Assembly (NCBI GenBank): GCA_038821645.1
Contig: JAWBDT010000023.1
Span: 1 to 18,646 of the forward strand
From: Ignisphaera sp.
GTDB lineage: Archaea > Thermoproteota > Thermoprotei_A > Sulfolobales > Ignisphaeraceae
Direction: 5' to 3'
Length of the DNA: 18,646 nucleotides
Part shown: piece by piece, positions 16,618 through 18,646 of the stretch
Layout of the letters: every line of letters starts with the position of its first letter
How positions within the stretch are numbered: the stretch's first letter is position 1
Made by a program: the position numbers and the translations under genes
Notes under the pieces: generated by a model
Databases searched by the model: none
Told to the model about the DNA's origin: nothing
Seen by the model: only the letters and a program-made list of their open reading frames with translations

Positions 16618-18542
16618 GTAGAGTGAACTTCATATTCGTGTTACATTTCCATCAACCTGTTGGTCAACTTGAGTGGGTCTATGAAAGAATATATAACAAC
16701 TGCTACAAGATTCTACTCGATATATTGTTGGATCATCCAAAAATTAAGATAGCGGCACATATAAGTGGTCCATTGCTTCTCTATATGCTTGAGAAACATA
16801 GTGAATGGATAGATGGTGTTAAAGAACTAGTTAAGAGAGGTTCTCTAGAGCTTCTAGGGGGAGCTTTTGGTGAGGCTATTCTTCCTGTAATACCTCGTGA
16901 AGATATGTATATGCAAATCAGACTATATATAGAGTTATTTAGAGAGATTTTTGGGTACAAGCCTAGAGGATTCTGGTTAGCTGAAAGAGTTTGGGAACCT
17001 TCTGTTGTAGAACCTCTAGCTATTAACGATATAGAGTATACAATTATAGATGACTATATTCTACCGAAAATCGTTAATCGAGATGAAGCTGGATATTCAT
17101 GGCTAACTGAGAACGATGGGCATAGGTTGAAGATACTATTTGTAGATGAGAGAATAAGGTATATACTTCCATGGGAAAGCATTGAATCTGTGATAAAGTA
17201 TATAGTGAGTAGAGGTAGCGATAAAGGTGATAGATATGTTCTCTGGGGTAGTGATGCAGAGAAATTCGGTGAATGGAGTCAAAGGGAATGGGCAAGCAAA
17301 TGGTTGAGAGAGTTTATAGAGAAACTTGAAGAGAATTCTAGTATAATCAACACCATTACACCTAGCGAATATCTAGATAGATACGGTGTTAAGGGATTGA
17401 TATATCCTGTGTACGGTAGTTACGATAAGATGATGTACTGGAGCTCAAGCTATTTCAGAAACTTTTTTGTGAAGTATAGAGAGAGTAACTATATGCATAA
17501 GAGGCTTCTATGGCTTAGAAGAAAGCTGAAGAAGCTTAATGCACCCGAAGATGCTTGGAGGTATTACTACTTTGCTCAATGCAATGATGCTTATTGGCAC
17601 GGTCTCTTCGGAGGTATATATCTACCGCACCTTAGACAAACAGTTTATGAAAACATGATCAAAGCTGAGGTGATAGCTGAAAACAATTCAAACTATTTCG
17701 CTTCAAGAGATATGTATAGCAGTATAGAGGATATAGATTTCGATGGAGATAACGAGATAGTTATTGAAACAAAACATCTAGATGTTGTTGTAAAGCCTAG
17801 CGATGGAGGTACAGTAACAGAGTTAAGCTTTAAGCATCAGGGATATGAACACAACATTGCATCAACCATGAACCGTTATCTAGAGCCATATCTATCCACA
17901 AGCCCTACCTTTAGACCTGATTGGTATCAAAGGAATATTGCTCGAGACCATTTATGGAACCCAACAATAAGTTTATGGGACTGGGTAAATAATACACCAT
18001 TTGTTGATCAAAGCGATTTAGCTTTAGGTAGATATCAACTGCTGTCGATAGACAATAACAGTCTAGTTCTAATGTATCGAGGATACTTCTATGGGAAAGG
18101 TATACCCATACCTGTAGAAGTAGCTAAACACATATATGTAGACTCTAGAGCACCTTATTTAAAGATAATTCATAGGGTTAAAAACATAGGTAATGAACCT
18201 TTTACATCTAGGATAGGGTTCGACTATCATCTAAGTCCAAAAGTTCCTAGAAAAAGAGGCGAGGAATACCCTATCTATAGACTTGAGCCAGACACTATTA
18301 AGCATCTTGAGGAAGTGTGGATTGGTAGTGGAAAGAGGATAGAGCTTAAGGGGATTATAGATCTAGAGTTATCGCTAGATAGAGATGTAGATATATGGGT
18401 AGCACCTATAGTAATGCCTACAAGAACTGAGAGAGGGATCATGGATATTATCCAGAGCATGGGTATAATGTTCTCTAGAGTTGTGGTTCTTGATCCCGAG
18501 AAGAGCTTTGAACTAGGTATAGAGCTTATGTTCAAGGTGTAG
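16614..18542 (+). CDS. GH57 4-alpha-glucanotransferase (Thermococcus litoralis TLGT-like; DUF1925/DUF1926 domains)
   Basis: LHFHQPVG, HISGPLL, FWLAERVWEP (nucleophile), SDAEKFGEW (acid/base), FRNFFVKYRESNYMHKR, AQCNDAYWHGLFGGIYLPHLR, DIDFDG. ATGA overlap with the amylase. Confidence 0.92.
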   Translation: MSRVNFIFVLHFHQPVGQLEWVYERIYNNCYKILLDILLDHPKIKIAAHISGPLLLYMLEKHSEWIDGVKELVKRGSLELLGGAFGEAILPVIPREDMYMQIRLYIELFREIFGYKPRGFWLAERVWEPSVVEPLAINDIEYTIIDDYILPKIVNRDEAGYSWLTENDGHRLKILFVDERIRYILPWESIESVIKYIVSRGSDKGDRYVLWGSDAEKFGEWSQREWASKWLREFIEKLEENSSIINTITPSEYLDRYGVKGLIYPVYGSYDKMMYWSSSYFRNFFVKYRESNYMHKRLLWLRRKLKKLNAPEDAWRYYYFAQCNDAYWHGLFGGIYLPHLRQTVYENMIKAEVIAENNSNYFASRDMYSSIEDIDFDGDNEIVIETKHLDVVVKPSDGGTVTELSFKHQGYEHNIASTMNRYLEPYLSTSPTFRPDWYQRNIARDHLWNPTISLWDWVNNTPFVDQSDLALGRYQLLSIDNNSLVLMYRGYFYGKGIPIPVEVAKHIYVDSRAPYLKIIHRVKNIGNEPFTSRIGFDYHLSPKVPRKRGEEYPIYRLEPDTIKHLEEVWIGSGKRIELKGIIDLELSLDRDVDIWVAPIVMPTRTERGIMDIIQSMGIMFSRVVVLDPEKSFELGIELMFKV

Positions 18543-18546
18543 CTAT

Positions 18547-18646
18547 TTGGATGTAAGTATATGTGGAAAAGCACTTGTAGAACCTAGATTCTATGGCTCA
18601 GTAGAAGGCTACGTAATTGTAGAACCATTCTCTAGAGATTCTCGAG
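18547..18646 (+). CDS. Possible 5' end of the next gene in the operon (truncated by window edge)
   Basis: TTG 4 nt after the previous stop with AGGTG upstream; frame open to the end: LDVSICGKALVEPRFYGSVEGYVIVEPFSRDSR. Too short to assign a function. Confidence 0.4.
   Translation, partial: MDVSICGKALVEPRFYGSVEGYVIVEPFSRDSR

Noticed and set aside
895-18574. Other short ORFs in the track (895, 1493, 4078, 5606, 6067, 6472, 7080, 7995, 8709, 9923, 10146, 10401, 11716, 12223, 12366, 16181, 17074, 18275)
   Set aside because: All overlap confident genes in antisense or alternative frames and lack motifs or convincing start signals.
18561-18587. ATG-initiated ORF after the glucanotransferase
   Set aside because: Stops after 8 codons (MWKSTCRT); the TTG frame at 18547 is the better candidate.

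Overview
AT-rich (roughly 35% GC by eye), gene-dense window from a hyperthermophilic archaeon. The gene families, TTG/GTG starts, TATA/BRE-like promoters and a TM-anchored, Pro/Thr-stalked binding protein point to a crenarchaeon (Desulfurococcales/Ignisphaera-like; taxonomy is inference). It holds two adjacent carbohydrate modules. (1) A beta-glycoside module: a GH1 beta-glycosidase translationally coupled to a small RHH-like protein and a PIN-domain protein (minus strand), divergent from a five-gene family-5 (Dpp/Opp-type) ABC transporter that probably carries oligosaccharides. (2) An alpha-glucan/glycogen module: a GlgC-like NDP-glucose pyrophosphorylase divergent from glycogen synthase, a short glucan phosphorylase, a maltokinase-like kinase, a GH57 alpha-amylase and a GH57 4-alpha-glucanotransferase. 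A CobY-like nucleotidyltransferase, absent from the ORF track, runs off the left edge. The top leads are the VapBC-like pair that may be a dedicated sugar-locus regulator, with TATAAC repeats in the divergent promoter, and a maltokinase in an archaeal glycogen operon with no visible GlgE or TreS. No RNA genes, CRISPR arrays or mobile elements were seen.
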